A stretch of DNA of 64,000 bases from Candidatus Poribacteria bacterium (GCA_965222225.1 CBDCTK010000002.1:384001-448000), one strand, 5' to 3'; positions 39,568 through 51,517 are shown, counted from the first letter of the stretch. Numbers and translations: made by a program. Notes: a model not told the origin generated them from the letters alone.

Positions 39568-40362
39568 ATGACGAAACTGACTCCCGAAGAAATCAGATTT
39601 TTTAGAGGCGAAGGTTTTCTCATCAAACGCAGAATCATGGATGAAAGTCTTACGGCACAGGCGCGTGAGAGATTATGGGAGAACGCGCCGCCTGAAATTG
39701 ACCCCAATAATCCCGACACATGGGTTGGCCCAATTCAGGAATACAGGGAAAAGAATAACGAGAAGGGCAATGATGGCGGCGGGTACGGATGGTGGTACCG
39801 TGGGATAGGCGGCGAAGAATGGATGGTACGAATGCTTGTGACTCACCCGCCAATTTGGGAGATAGTGGAGCAGATGCTGGGAGAAGGGGAAGTCGTTAAA
39901 CCAAACAGCGTCCGTGGTATTTATTGCCGCCTTCCCGAGGGCAATGCCCCGAGAAAACCCCTTGGTTGTCATATCGACGCTCACGCATTTCATCTGGGCG
40001 TGGTGGGATATATTGATGATGTCGCGCCAAATGGAGGAGGCTTTTCGGTTTGGCCCAGAAGCCACCGTGTTTTCTATTACAGTAATCAAACCCGAAATCT
40101 GAGAGACGATACAGAACAGTACGCGAATAACCTCGCATACTTCAAGCACAATACTCCGATCGATTGCCATGGTCGAGCCGGCGATGTTGTCTTTTGGCAT
40201 CACCGGTTGGCGCATTCTGCGGGCAGTAATCGGTCAAAAGGGATTCGCAAGGCGGTATTGGGTGATTATGTGAAGAAGAATATCGAACGCACAATGAACG
40301 AGCCGCCATGTGAAGACATGTGGGAGGAATGGCCCGGAATCCCCTCGGATGGGAAAGCGTAA
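39568..40362 (+). CDS. PhyH-family Fe(II)/2OG oxygenase
   Basis: F...GF, HID, GGF.VWP.SH, GDVVFWHHRLAH, N.S..IR. Confidence 0.82.
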   Translation: MTKLTPEEIRFFRGEGFLIKRRIMDESLTAQARERLWENAPPEIDPNNPDTWVGPIQEYREKNNEKGNDGGGYGWWYRGIGGEEWMVRMLVTHPPIWEIVEQMLGEGEVVKPNSVRGIYCRLPEGNAPRKPLGCHIDAHAFHLGVVGYIDDVAPNGGGFSVWPRSHRVFYYSNQTRNLRDDTEQYANNLAYFKHNTPIDCHGRAGDVVFWHHRLAHSAGSNRSKGIRKAVLGDYVKKNIERTMNEPPCEDMWEEWPGIPSDGKA

Positions 40363-40545
40363 CCGGTCAAAGTGACATCGCTAAACGACCAAAAAATCAT
40401 GGCACGTCGATCTATCTGCCGTGAACCAGACTTCCAACAACGACAAGATTGTTTCACCGGACCAAGGCGTACGATAACCGGTGAGCGCTCGAGAGTCACG
40501 ATCGCCGAATATGGAAAAGCGCGATCGGCTCCGGATATTTCAATC

Positions 40546-40753
40546 TATAGTCGCTTAGATTCATATTTACACACACTTGCTGGCGATTTGATGGTTGAAA
40601 GTTATTGCGAAAGTTTTTTGTAGGAGCGATCTCCCGATCGCGACCTCCTGTCGCGTGCAAAGTTCAATCCGACAAAAGTCGCGTAATAAATTGCGCTACT
40701 ACGAACCGAACCAAGTTGATCCCACATGTGTGATTCTTAATTGTGAGACTATA
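40546..40753 (+). mobile_element. MITE-like element type I, copy C (208 bp)
   Basis: TATAGTC...GACTATA ends; aligns end to end with copy B. Confidence 0.85.
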
Positions 40754-40810
40754 GTGGCGAGAGAATTTCTAGCCCGTCAAACCCTTTGATATCCGACACC
40801 CATCAATGTA

Positions 40811-41947
40811 ATGAGTCTGACAGAGCAGATTAAAGCGCATGCGCAGAGATTGGGATTCGAGTTGGTTGGCATTACCCCTGCCGAAGAAAGTCAGACCATC
40901 CGACTCTATGAGAAGTGGTTAGAGAACGGATACGCCGGGAAAATGGGGTATCTTGAAAAACACCTTCAGTTAAAACGCGATCCGCGTAATTGCCTGCCGG
41001 AAGCCAAGTCAATCATCAGTTTAGCAATCAATTATTATACGCACGATCCTACCCAAACACTTGCCGAAAATCCGGCAAGAGGCCAAATCTCCCGGTACGC
41101 ATGGGGAGATGATTACCACGAGATTATTCGCGCCAAATTGCGTAAACTCACAGAGTTCATTGATGAGACTGGGCAGAAAAAACTTAAGCAAAAAATCTAC
41201 GTGGACACGGGACCAATTATCGAACGTGAATACGCTCAGAAGGCGGGCATCGGATGGATTGGCAAAAATACAAACTTCATAAACTGGCAATCGGGTTCAT
41301 GGTATTTTCTCGCTGAACTTCTCGTAAGCATTGAATTGGAGTACGATTGGCAGTTACCGCGTGGAAGTTGCGGTACGTGTACCCGTTGCATTGAAGCGTG
41401 TCCGACGGATGCGATTGTTGCCCCAAATGTACTTGATTCCCGTCTCTGCATTTCCTACCTTACCATCGAGTTGAAGGATAGTATTCCAAGGGAGCTACGC
41501 CCACAGATGGGCAACCTGATTTTCGGTTGCGATATCTGCCAAGAAGTCTGCCCATGGAATAGCAAGGCGACACCGTCAACTGAACTAGGGTTTTACTCAC
41601 GCGAGGAGAACATCGCACCAAAACTGCTTTCCCTTATCGACATGACGCAAGCAGAATTTAGCAAACGCTTTAAAAATAGTCCCATTAAGCGCGCCAAAAG
41701 ACGTGGATTCCTCAGGAATGTCGCCGTCGCCCTCGGGAATTGGGGAAATCGGCGGGCGGTCCCGGCTCTCAAGCGAGCGTTGAATGATGATGAAGCGCTC
41801 GTCAGAGAACACGCCGCCTGGGCGCTGGGCAAAATCGGCGGGCGATCGGCACGCGAAGCTTTAGGTGGGAGACTGAGCGTGGAAACTGAAGCCCAAGTCG
41901 CAAGTGAAATCAGGGAGGCCTTACGAGGGATGACACGTTCAGCATGA
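40811..41947 (+). CDS. queG: Epoxyqueuosine reductase with C-terminal HEAT repeats
   Basis: SRYAWGDDYH, VDTGP..ER, GWIGKN, CGTCTRCIEACPT, CISYLTIE, GCDICQEVCPWN. Confidence 0.95.
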   Translation: MSLTEQIKAHAQRLGFELVGITPAEESQTIRLYEKWLENGYAGKMGYLEKHLQLKRDPRNCLPEAKSIISLAINYYTHDPTQTLAENPARGQISRYAWGDDYHEIIRAKLRKLTEFIDETGQKKLKQKIYVDTGPIIEREYAQKAGIGWIGKNTNFINWQSGSWYFLAELLVSIELEYDWQLPRGSCGTCTRCIEACPTDAIVAPNVLDSRLCISYLTIELKDSIPRELRPQMGNLIFGCDICQEVCPWNSKATPSTELGFYSREENIAPKLLSLIDMTQAEFSKRFKNSPIKRAKRRGFLRNVAVALGNWGNRRAVPALKRALNDDEALVREHAAWALGKIGGRSAREALGGRLSVETEAQVASEIREALRGMTRSA

Positions 41948-42017
41948 AAACCCGCAGCTGCGAATCCTCTTTTATATTGAAGAAACTTTGGACACTTCGC
42001 AGACCATTGATGGGTAA

Positions 42018-43190
<1,173 letters not shown>

Positions 43191-43211
43191 ATAATTTGCG
43201 CATTTCTTCCA

Positions 43212-43946
43212 ATGCGAAACATTAAGCTGACAATTGAATACGATGGGACAAATTATCATGGCTGGCAGATTCAACCCAACGGCATCACCGTCCAAGAAGT
43301 TATTCAAAACGCTCTCGCGGCGCTCACCAAAACGCAGGCACAGATTATTGGCGCGGGCAGAACGGACACGGGGGTACACGCCGCGGGTCAGGTTGCCAAT
43401 TTTTTCACTGATTCCAAGATGTCCTCAGGTTCTATCCAGAAAGCGTTGAACTCACTTCTTCCTGAAGATGTCGTGATTACTGAAATCCAAGATGTCTCAC
43501 CTGATTTTCACGCCCGTTTCAGTGCACTAAGCCGAACCTATCAATATACCATCCTCAATCGAGAATTTCCGTCCGCATTTTTAGGCAATACTGCTTACTT
43601 TTTACCGCGTCCAATCCATGTCGAGCGAATTGATGATATCTGCCGCGCGTTAATTGGAAAAAAGGATTTCTCCTCATTTCAACGTTCTGGGAGTGAGCGC
43701 ATCAACCCTATCTGTGAGGTTTTTGGGGCGTCGTGTTGGCGTGATGCTGATTTGGTTTACTTTCAAATTGAGGCAGATGCGTTTTTGCGAGGAATGGTTC
43801 GAGCCATAATTGGGACTGCGCTCAAATTGCAGGAGACTCCAGACAAAATCAATCAGTTTCAGAAGATCTTGGACGCCAAGGACAGGAGTGTTGCCGGTCC
43901 TTCCGCGCCTGCACATGGGCTATCGCTAATCGCCGTGAAATACTGA
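43212..43946 (+). CDS. truA: tRNA pseudouridine(38-40) synthase
   Basis: EYDGT.YHGWQ.Q, AGRTDTGVHA, FHARF, FLRGMVR, APAHGL. Confidence 0.96.
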   Translation: MRNIKLTIEYDGTNYHGWQIQPNGITVQEVIQNALAALTKTQAQIIGAGRTDTGVHAAGQVANFFTDSKMSSGSIQKALNSLLPEDVVITEIQDVSPDFHARFSALSRTYQYTILNREFPSAFLGNTAYFLPRPIHVERIDDICRALIGKKDFSSFQRSGSERINPICEVFGASCWRDADLVYFQIEADAFLRGMVRAIIGTALKLQETPDKINQFQKILDAKDRSVAGPSAPAHGLSLIAVKY

Positions 43947-43951
43947 AGAGA

Positions 43952-45589
43952 TTGTTAATGACAAGTAAAAAAGCCTACCCAAATCTCGGGAACGAAACCA
44001 AGAAAAGCATCTACCGTGTGTCTGTCGGATACCATTGGCTACGGTATGTTCTGTGCATCTTGACGTGTTTGGGTAGCATGGCGTGCACTAAGCCACCATC
44101 GCCGCATTCTACGGCAGCCCTGCGCTCGCTCCTTCAACCTTGGAATGGAATTGGGACGTACGCGGGGTTTGACTCGGCAAGAGGATTGTTATATTTGGGG
44201 AATAGCCTGATAGAACGTCGCTTTCACTTGGATGGAGATGGTAGCGTGCCTCAGACAAGCCATTATTTCCACAAACCATCGGGACGGGACTATGTCTCGG
44301 TTTCGTGCGACGAATTCAAGTTTCGAGTTGGCGAAATCGCATTCACTGCGAACACAGATACCCTCAAATACAAGTCTCATAAGATTCGACAAAGCGTTGC
44401 GGAGTCGAAACATCTAACCGTTGAACTCGGATATTCGGAGACATCGAGGGAACCTATCTGTTCTGTCAAAATTCACTACGAAGTGTATCCGAATCTGCCG
44501 ATAATCCGAAAGTGGATTACCTTTGAGAATTTAACGGATTCGGCATTCTTTGTCGAGGATATTATTATTGAATCCTTATCCTTGCCTGTCGATAGCAAGG
44601 CACAGCCCCGAGTTTTTGGAAATCGTCCGGAATTGACAGTTGACCCGCAACCATTCATCGTTGTGTATGATACGGAAGACGATGGCGGCATCATAGTGGG
44701 AAATGAGGCTCCGGGGATACTTAAATATTACAATCTCCCGTCCGGTGATACCGAGATCGAGGTTGGTCTACTTCCGACACCTGCCATCAATGGGTTCGAG
44801 ATTCGTGTGCCGCCTAACGTAGTAATGTCGACTCCGAAAATCTGGACAATGTTATTTGAAGGCGATTATTCCACGGCTTCCGAAGCGCTCAAGCACGTTG
44901 TTGGACAACGGTTAGTATCCTTGAAGGAGGCAGCGGCTCAGGTGCCGTCTATCACTTGGGCAAAGATTCCCTCGGATGGAGAAATGCCTACCGGTGATTT
45001 CATCGCCGTGGATTATGACTGGAACGGAGACAATCTATCGGCTCTGCAGCGACTGGCAGAACAGGCCCATGAGGAAGGTAGAAAGTTTGGGATTCGCTTG
45101 CCAATCGCCGAGGTTGATGTCCGATTCTTGAACCAGAGTGCGTGGCGGTTGTCACCCATAGCAAGTTTCGGAAGCTTTGCTACGGAGAATAAGACAACCC
45201 AAAACTCTGGTATTCTTGATATGGAATCTCCAAACACAATCAGCGATGAAAAGGCTGTTTACTGTGTGCTGAGTGACTATGGCTACTATCTTTTGCATGC
45301 TGCACACGCCTTGCTAGAAGAGACAGAGGCACATCTCCTTGTCTTTGATGGTGCATTAATTGGTATGCCCGATAATGCCTTGAAGGGCTGCGGGGTACTT
45401 GGACACCAACATTTGAGTCGTAGGGAATCAATCAGCTTGATTTATCAGTGGTTGTTTGATTTCGCTGATTACCTACGTCAGCAATATCCTAATCTGCAAC
45501 TTGGAATTACCTCAACGGCTTTCGGCGTTGAGGCCCCGGATATGGCGGTTTTCAACCACTTCGATCTGTTCTTCCCTAAACGCGATTAA
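43952..45589 (+). CDS. Probable lipoprotein resembling a shortened GH36 alpha-galactosidase; start uncertain
   Basis: SMAC lipobox; Y.VYP..P.IRKW N-domain motif; barrel-like VDYDW, GRKFGI, LVFDG, LR..YP.L motifs. Confidence 0.5.
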   Translation: MLMTSKKAYPNLGNETKKSIYRVSVGYHWLRYVLCILTCLGSMACTKPPSPHSTAALRSLLQPWNGIGTYAGFDSARGLLYLGNSLIERRFHLDGDGSVPQTSHYFHKPSGRDYVSVSCDEFKFRVGEIAFTANTDTLKYKSHKIRQSVAESKHLTVELGYSETSREPICSVKIHYEVYPNLPIIRKWITFENLTDSAFFVEDIIIESLSLPVDSKAQPRVFGNRPELTVDPQPFIVVYDTEDDGGIIVGNEAPGILKYYNLPSGDTEIEVGLLPTPAINGFEIRVPPNVVMSTPKIWTMLFEGDYSTASEALKHVVGQRLVSLKEAAAQVPSITWAKIPSDGEMPTGDFIAVDYDWNGDNLSALQRLAEQAHEEGRKFGIRLPIAEVDVRFLNQSAWRLSPIASFGSFATENKTTQNSGILDMESPNTISDEKAVYCVLSDYGYYLLHAAHALLEETEAHLLVFDGALIGMPDNALKGCGVLGHQHLSRRESISLIYQWLFDFADYLRQQYPNLQLGITSTAFGVEAPDMAVFNHFDLFFPKRD

Positions 45590-45723
45590 TCCGATATTGG
45601 TAATTAGTGTACTTAAAGCGCTTGAAAACCAACTCTCATTTCTGATACAATGGCAACGATTTAAGACAGTTATGTCTTTTTCGCTATGATATGTGAGAAA
45701 CCGATTTAACCTTAGGAGACAAG

Positions 45724-46890
45724 ATGCAAATCGCCAACCGATTAGGGAAAATCCCGCCTTATCTGTTCATGGAATTACGGAACAAAATCAACAAAGCAAA
45801 AGCCGATGGGATTGATGTGATTAGCCTCGCTGTGGGCGATCCGGTGGATCCGACACCGCAGCCGGTGATTGATGAACTTAGCCGAACCGCGGCAGATCCT
45901 GAGAATCATCGCTACCCTACGGACGAAGAGAAAGGAATGCTGGCATTTCGCCAGGCAGTGGCTGATTGGTACGCGGCAAGATACAACGTTCACGTCGATC
46001 CGGAAGATGAAGTTTTAGGCCTAATCGGATCCAAAGAGGGATGCCACCATTTTGTTTTGGCAGTTGTGAATCCAGGCGAAACGGTGCTAATGACAGATCC
46101 GGGGTATCCTGCATACCGCGCAAGCATATTAATGGCAGAAGGTGAAACTTACAATGTGCCCATTACTGCTGAAAACAACTTTCTGCCCGAATTGGAAAAT
46201 ATTCCATCAGATGTCGCCAAGCGGGCAAGCGCGATGTTCTTGAACTATCCCAATAACCCTACTGGGGCTACCGCAACACCGGAGTTTTTTGCGGACGTTG
46301 TTGCGTTTGCCGAGACATACGACATTGCGATTTGTCACGACAATCCTTACAGCGAAGTCGTTTTTGACGGTCTTAAACAGTTGAGTTTTCTATCGACTCC
46401 CGGCGCGAAAGATGTCGGTGTGGAACTTAATTCACTATCCAAACCATTCAATATGACCGGTTGGCGGATTGGTATGGCGCTGGGAAACTCCGATCTCATT
46501 GGAGGCATGGCACAGGTCAAAGAAAACACCGATTCTGGAATTTTCAACGCGATTCAATATGCGGGAATCGTTGCCTTGACCCAATGTCAGGGTAATATCG
46601 GCAAGATGTTAGAAGTATATTCGCGCCGACGTCAACGGATCCTAGACACGTTTGGACGGCTAAACTGGGGCGATTATACTCCCCCAAAAGGCACGTTTTA
46701 CCTCTGGATGCCTACGCCAAATGGAATGAGTTCCATTGAGTTTGCGACGCAGATTTTCGAGGAGGCAGCAGTCGTAATCACTGCGGGATCGGCGTATGGT
46801 GATTACGGTGAGGGATATTTTCGTGTAGCGTTAACGGTTCCCGATGACCGATTGGAGGAAGCCCTGGGCCGAATAAAGAACGTTCTCTAG
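45724..46890 (+). CDS. dapL: LL-diaminopimelate aminotransferase
   Basis: IPPYLF, GDP..PTP, LIGSKEG, LNYPNNPTGA, SLSKPFNMTGWRIG, N.DSGIF, GEGYFR. Confidence 0.85.
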   Translation: MQIANRLGKIPPYLFMELRNKINKAKADGIDVISLAVGDPVDPTPQPVIDELSRTAADPENHRYPTDEEKGMLAFRQAVADWYAARYNVHVDPEDEVLGLIGSKEGCHHFVLAVVNPGETVLMTDPGYPAYRASILMAEGETYNVPITAENNFLPELENIPSDVAKRASAMFLNYPNNPTGATATPEFFADVVAFAETYDIAICHDNPYSEVVFDGLKQLSFLSTPGAKDVGVELNSLSKPFNMTGWRIGMALGNSDLIGGMAQVKENTDSGIFNAIQYAGIVALTQCQGNIGKMLEVYSRRRQRILDTFGRLNWGDYTPPKGTFYLWMPTPNGMSSIEFATQIFEEAAVVITAGSAYGDYGEGYFRVALTVPDDRLEEALGRIKNVL

Positions 46891-47327
46891 ACTAGATGAA
46901 TCTGCGCAGTGCTGGAATGCGATGGTACGCTCACAACGGATTCGGACAAGATTGTGCCATTGCATTCCTGCGGAGTGTAACGGGTCAATTCCGATGACGT
47001 TGAAGATCCAATTGACTTTCTTTTTCCCTTGCGTTACCAATCAAACGATAAACGTATATCAATCTGCCACGCCAAGTTTTTTCTCGACGATGCTCCATAC
47101 GTTCTTCTCGTTCCATGGTAGATAAATGCGGACAGACAGCCACCGAATGGAGATTGAGCGTATCGGTAACTTTACGTGCCGACATGCCATTTCGTCGCTT
47201 TAGGAGCGTGATGATTTCTCCCCCTGTATCACTGTTAACATATCCAATCCACCTCTTCTAGATTAATCATGGGATTATGGCGGATTTAGCAGAGAAATTA
47301 CAAGTCAACAATTTTTAAGGTACTTAC

Positions 47328-47356
47328 TTGACAAAACATAAAAAAGATGTTACTAT
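47328..47356 (+). promoter_or_regulatory. Strong sigma70 promoter for the sigma factor gene
   Basis: TTGACA-N17-TACTAT with extended -10 TG. Confidence 0.75.
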
Positions 47357-47427
47357 TCGCAAAGGACCTTTATGGAATGTATTAATGAGAAAAGTAGCAC
47401 GATTCTAGTGGGAGGAAAGAGAGGCAA

Positions 47428-48408
47428 ATGGAACCGGAGGAAGTAGTTGAGGCTAAGGACGAAATACTCAAAGGCGAAATTCTGGACGATGAAATTCCTG
47501 AATCCGAGGATAACATAGAATATCTACTCAGGGAAGAGGTCAATTTCAAACCTGTTCAAACGGATGCTTTGAGTAGCTGGCTGCGTCAGGTCGCGCACCA
47601 TTCTCTTCTGTCACGTGAAGAGGAGATTGCGCTTGCAAAGCGTATTGAGAATGGAGACGAGTCGGCGTGCGAAGAGTTGGTTCAAGCGAATATGCGTCTA
47701 GTTGTTTCGGTGGCTTCAAAATATCAGGGGCGAAATGTTCCTCTTGAAGATCTGATCCAGGAGGGAAACATCGGTGTTATGCGTGCCGCGAAGAAATTCG
47801 ACTATCGCAGAGGCTTTAAGTTCAGCACGTATGCAATTTGGTGGATTAAGCAGGCAATTCGGCGGACACTTGATAACTGTTCGCGGTCTATTCGTCTGCC
47901 ATCTTACATCGTTGCCAAAGTCAATAGATTTGACTCAACTTATGCCCGACTTTGTCAGGAGCTGCAGCGAGAGCCAAAGATTGGGGAACTGGCAGAAGCG
48001 CTGGAATTAACGGAAGCTCAAGTGAAGGAAATTTTGACGTTAAATGCCAATACCATCTCAATGGAAACTCCGCTGAGCGATGAAAAGGCTGCAGCAACGC
48101 TTGGCGACTTGGTTGAAGACACGTCCGAAAATCCGGGAGCGGGACCTATTGCGGATATGATTGAGCAGAATTTGGTCAATCAGCTTCTCAGTAAGCTTAG
48201 CACGAGAGAGCAGCAGGTACTTAGTATGCGATACGGCCTTGAAGGCGGCAACGAAAAAACGCTACGCGAAATCGGAGAAAAGCTGAATGTGACACGTGAA
48301 CGTATCCGTCAGTTGGAAATTGAAGCTATTCATCGGCTGAGACGATTCTACGATGAGATGGGCGAATTTCGTCATCCCATGCAAGACACGCGACAACCAG
48401 CGGCTTAG
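47428..48408 (+). CDS. Group 2 (RpoD/RpoS-like) sigma-70 factor lacking region 1.1
   Basis: LLSREEE, ANMRLVVS, DLIQEGNIG, FKFSTYAIWWIKQAI, TLREIG..LNVTRERIRQLE. Confidence 0.92.
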   Translation: MEPEEVVEAKDEILKGEILDDEIPESEDNIEYLLREEVNFKPVQTDALSSWLRQVAHHSLLSREEEIALAKRIENGDESACEELVQANMRLVVSVASKYQGRNVPLEDLIQEGNIGVMRAAKKFDYRRGFKFSTYAIWWIKQAIRRTLDNCSRSIRLPSYIVAKVNRFDSTYARLCQELQREPKIGELAEALELTEAQVKEILTLNANTISMETPLSDEKAAATLGDLVEDTSENPGAGPIADMIEQNLVNQLLSKLSTREQQVLSMRYGLEGGNEKTLREIGEKLNVTRERIRQLEIEAIHRLRRFYDEMGEFRHPMQDTRQPAA

Positions 48409-48743
48409 TCGTGTCTCACTATTTTACCCGCGTACAAACCGCCTGCGCTCGGAGTAATATCCGAAAGATGGAAATCCAACGCGGTTGCGAGTCGGCAAAG
48501 TGGGCGATTCGGTCTGTTTTACTACCGATTAAGTTTGAGTATTTGAGTTTGGAATTGCACAATTCTGACGACATGCAATCGGGTTTGCGTTGCACCAAAC
48601 CACACGGAGCCGCCGAAATGCCCGGCTCGCAAATTGTTTTCTCCATTGATAGGTCACTAAGACATGAGGGCTTGAATGTTCACTGAGGTGAGGCTTACTA
48701 ATGAAAGGGGATTGCTGCTTTCTTTTTTGAAGGTGGCGCTACA

Positions 48744-49373
48744 ATGAAAAATCTACTCAACAAGCTACACGCAAAATCCAGGTCAGACGAACAAGAGCCA
48801 CTCCTCACGGTAACCGAGGCAGCGAAGGGAAAAATTGTGTCGATTATAGAGGACGAGGAAGTGCAAGTACAGGGACTGCGTGTTAGCATACAAGGACGCA
48901 CGGCATCTGCATTTGAATATGGCTTAGGGCTTGAAACTGAGCCTGAATCAGACGACCTCGTGGTGGATGGGAAAGCATTCAAAGTCTTTGTGGATCCCAA
49001 GAGTGCCGAGGACTTGAAGGGGGCAACAATCGACTATGTGGAAGACCTCAATTCAAGCGGATTCCGAATTGATAATCCAAACACGCCAACTTGGGATAAC
49101 TCGAAGGCGCAAGCGATTCAAGCGCTCATTGACGATCGTATTAATCCTTCTGTCGCTGCACACGGGGGGCACATAGACCTCTTGGATGTCACTGATGACT
49201 CAATTTACGTCCACATGGGCGGGGGATGTCAAGGGTGCGGAATGGCGAGTGTTACCTTAAAACACGGAATCGAAGCTATGGTTAAAGAGTCGTTCCCCGA
49301 AATAAAAAACATTATTGACTCAACCGACCACGCCTCTGGGACGAATCCTTACTACCAACCCGCAAAAGGGTAA
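48744..49373 (+). CDS. nfuA: Fe-S cluster carrier with degenerate A-type domain and Nfu domain
   Basis: VD.KS...L.GATIDY, GFRIDNPN, INP.VA.HGG, GGCQGC, TDH..G.NPY. Confidence 0.88.
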   Translation: MKNLLNKLHAKSRSDEQEPLLTVTEAAKGKIVSIIEDEEVQVQGLRVSIQGRTASAFEYGLGLETEPESDDLVVDGKAFKVFVDPKSAEDLKGATIDYVEDLNSSGFRIDNPNTPTWDNSKAQAIQALIDDRINPSVAAHGGHIDLLDVTDDSIYVHMGGGCQGCGMASVTLKHGIEAMVKESFPEIKNIIDSTDHASGTNPYYQPAKG

Positions 49374-49445
49374 TCGTTTCCTAGACCCATCGTATCCTTG
49401 GTAAATGGGCACAAGGAGCATGTTGTTCTCAAGTATTTTTCCCTC

Positions 49446-49710
49446 TTAAGAACTTGTTTGAAAAGCCTTCCTTTCCCAACGAAAGCGACGTCAATCTGCA
49501 ATTTCAATTGTTCTGGATGGCAACTACAGTTTCATACCATCCTTGCGATGGCATTAATGTCGAAACGGCTGGGAAGCCAGTCATAACAAGAGTTTTCTCT
49601 CCTTTTTGTCTCTATTGAAAACTCCGATTTAATATGAAAAGTATGAAATTGGCCAAAACTGGCAATTGACGTTTTCAAGTCGCATTTTGGGTTTTCAAAC
49701 AAGATTTTAA
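49446..49710. mobile_element. Non-autonomous MITE-like element with 19-bp imperfect inverted ends
   Basis: TTAAGAACTTGTTTGAAAA / TTTTCAAACAAGATTTTAA (17 of 19 complementary); AT-rich non-coding interior. Confidence 0.6.
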
Positions 49711-49787
49711 AATTTCCTGCGTTCCAATCTTTTTTGCGACCCACTTGGACTCAACATCATCTACAACCTAAGGTCAGGGTGACAAGG

Positions 49788-50798
49788 CTATTCAAACTCG
49801 TAGGGTACCGTCTCCGCTTGGTGCGTTTTGGAGGATTTCTCGGCGAGCTCCAAGATAGCCACGACACGCCGCGCGGATTCGGCAGTTGTAATGAGTTGTT
49901 CACCGGTGTTGAGATGCGCGACGATGTTCTCATAGAAGCTAGGACCGGGGCGGCCTCTGAACTCCACAATCTTTTCTTCGGTTCCTACCTCGGTTTCCGA
50001 GAGCACCCTGAAGTGTGCGGCTTCAGAGACAATTGAGCCGTGGGAGCCGAGCAATTTCCATCGAGGTTCCTCAACCTTCGCTATGCACGACATCTGAACA
50101 TTGGCAACCGAGTCGTTGGCAAAGCGAATAATCGCCTGAACATGATCTTCGTTTGAAATGTCTTTCCATACCAAATTTGGCTGGAAGAATCCCGTAATAT
50201 TGACCATTTTTTCTTCGATTATATGAAGTAACCAGTCAACGTAATGCGCTCCCCAATCATAGAAGTTCCCGCCGGAAATCGCCTTCACACTGCGCCACCA
50301 GTTCGGATTGGGACTTCCGTACCCGGCGCTCCACATTTCAACGCTAAATACCTGACCGATTACGCCGCTTCGGACCAAGTCACGCAATGTCCAGAAATCT
50401 GCGTCCCAGCGACGGTTATGGTGGACTGATAACATTAAGCCGTTCTCCTTGGCTGTGTTAATCATTTCGGTTGCCTCGGCGATTGTGATACACATAGGCT
50501 TTTCGACGACGACGTGCTTTCCCGCTCTTAAACACTCCAGTGTTACTGAACAGTGCAGGTTATGAGGCAGAACATTTACGATTAAATTTACCGCTTCATC
50601 TGTCAAGAGATTCTCAACCGCGTTGTAAGTTCTGATGTCGGGAAAGTCCTTTTTTGCCGCTTGAGTTCGCTCTTTATCAACATCGCATATAGCGACGCAC
50701 TCAATCCCCTCTGTCTCCTGCATCATAACCGCGTGTGCACGCCCCATGTTGAACGCCGCGCCGTAGCCAATTACCGCGCCCCGTATCATATCTTCCAT
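49788..50798 (-). CDS. Gfo/Idh/MocA family oxidoreductase
   Basis: IGYG...MG..H, LPHNLH, GKHVVVEKP, HNRRWD, WR...GG..YDWG.H..D. Confidence 0.9.
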   Translation of the reverse strand: MEDMIRGAVIGYGAAFNMGRAHAVMMQETEGIECVAICDVDKERTQAAKKDFPDIRTYNAVENLLTDEAVNLIVNVLPHNLHCSVTLECLRAGKHVVVEKPMCITIAEATEMINTAKENGLMLSVHHNRRWDADFWTLRDLVRSGVIGQVFSVEMWSAGYGSPNPNWWRSVKAISGGNFYDWGAHYVDWLLHIIEEKMVNITGFFQPNLVWKDISNEDHVQAIIRFANDSVANVQMSCIAKVEEPRWKLLGSHGSIVSEAAHFRVLSETEVGTEEKIVEFRGRPGPSFYENIVAHLNTGEQLITTAESARRVVAILELAEKSSKTHQAETVPYEFE

Positions 50799-50965
50799 TC
50801 GCGTAGAACTCCTTAATTCAGATTCTGACTTGTGAAGATTCTTTGTTCATGCTATGCTGTACCATCAGCGTTTGTATCAAACTATATTATCATGGCATCT
50901 ACGAGTTGTCAACGGTACCCGATGGGAACGGAATCCATCTATTCTTGTTAAGTGAAGGTGAAAAA

Positions 50966-51466
50966 ATGCAAATAATCGATCTGCTGATTCGGTGGTTGCA
51001 TGTGACCTCTGCAGTTGTCTGGATTGGCGGAAATCTAATACTCGCGATGGTAATCGTGCCCTATTTCAAAAAATCGGTTGCACCGGTGGAAAGAATCAAG
51101 ATACTGACTCGAATCGGCAAACAATTTCAGCCAATTGTCTGGGGGTGCGTCATAATTCTCATTTTTTCCGGTCTATTTAACGTATTTCGTGCAATCGGTG
51201 GAGATCCTGAGGCGATAGGACAGTTCATGAGAACACTTGGCATTAAGCTGATTTTATTTATCATCCTGATTATCCTCACGGGAATCCACAGTTTCATCAT
51301 GGGCCCAAGGCTGGGACATGCCATTGAGGCTCTTGGTCCGGATGTCGAGGAACTCCCTGAAGAGATTGATAAAATACGACGTAGTATGGCAATTGTATCA
51401 AGCTTAATGGGCTTCGTTTCTCTTCTCGTATTGCTGGCGGCGGTTGCGCTACGGATGGGAATTTAG
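50966..51466 (+). CDS. CopD/DUF4149-like four-TM membrane protein
   Basis: WLHV.SA.VWIGG, SG..N, L..KL, H.F..GP motifs. Confidence 0.7.
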   Translation: MQIIDLLIRWLHVTSAVVWIGGNLILAMVIVPYFKKSVAPVERIKILTRIGKQFQPIVWGCVIILIFSGLFNVFRAIGGDPEAIGQFMRTLGIKLILFIILIILTGIHSFIMGPRLGHAIEALGPDVEELPEEIDKIRRSMAIVSSLMGFVSLLVLLAAVALRMGI

Positions 51467-51517
51467 AGGGGTTGGATGGTTTGCGGATGTGAAAGACAAA
51501 AGCTTGAGGATGTCCGT

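Noticed and set aside
36274-40753. CRISPR array from repeated palindromic sequences
   Set aside because: Repeats are dispersed ~210-bp elements, not regularly spaced direct repeats with spacers; no cas genes
46891-47327. Small ORFs between dapL and the sigma factor gene
   Set aside because: No convincing RBS or motif in any frame; cannot be supported
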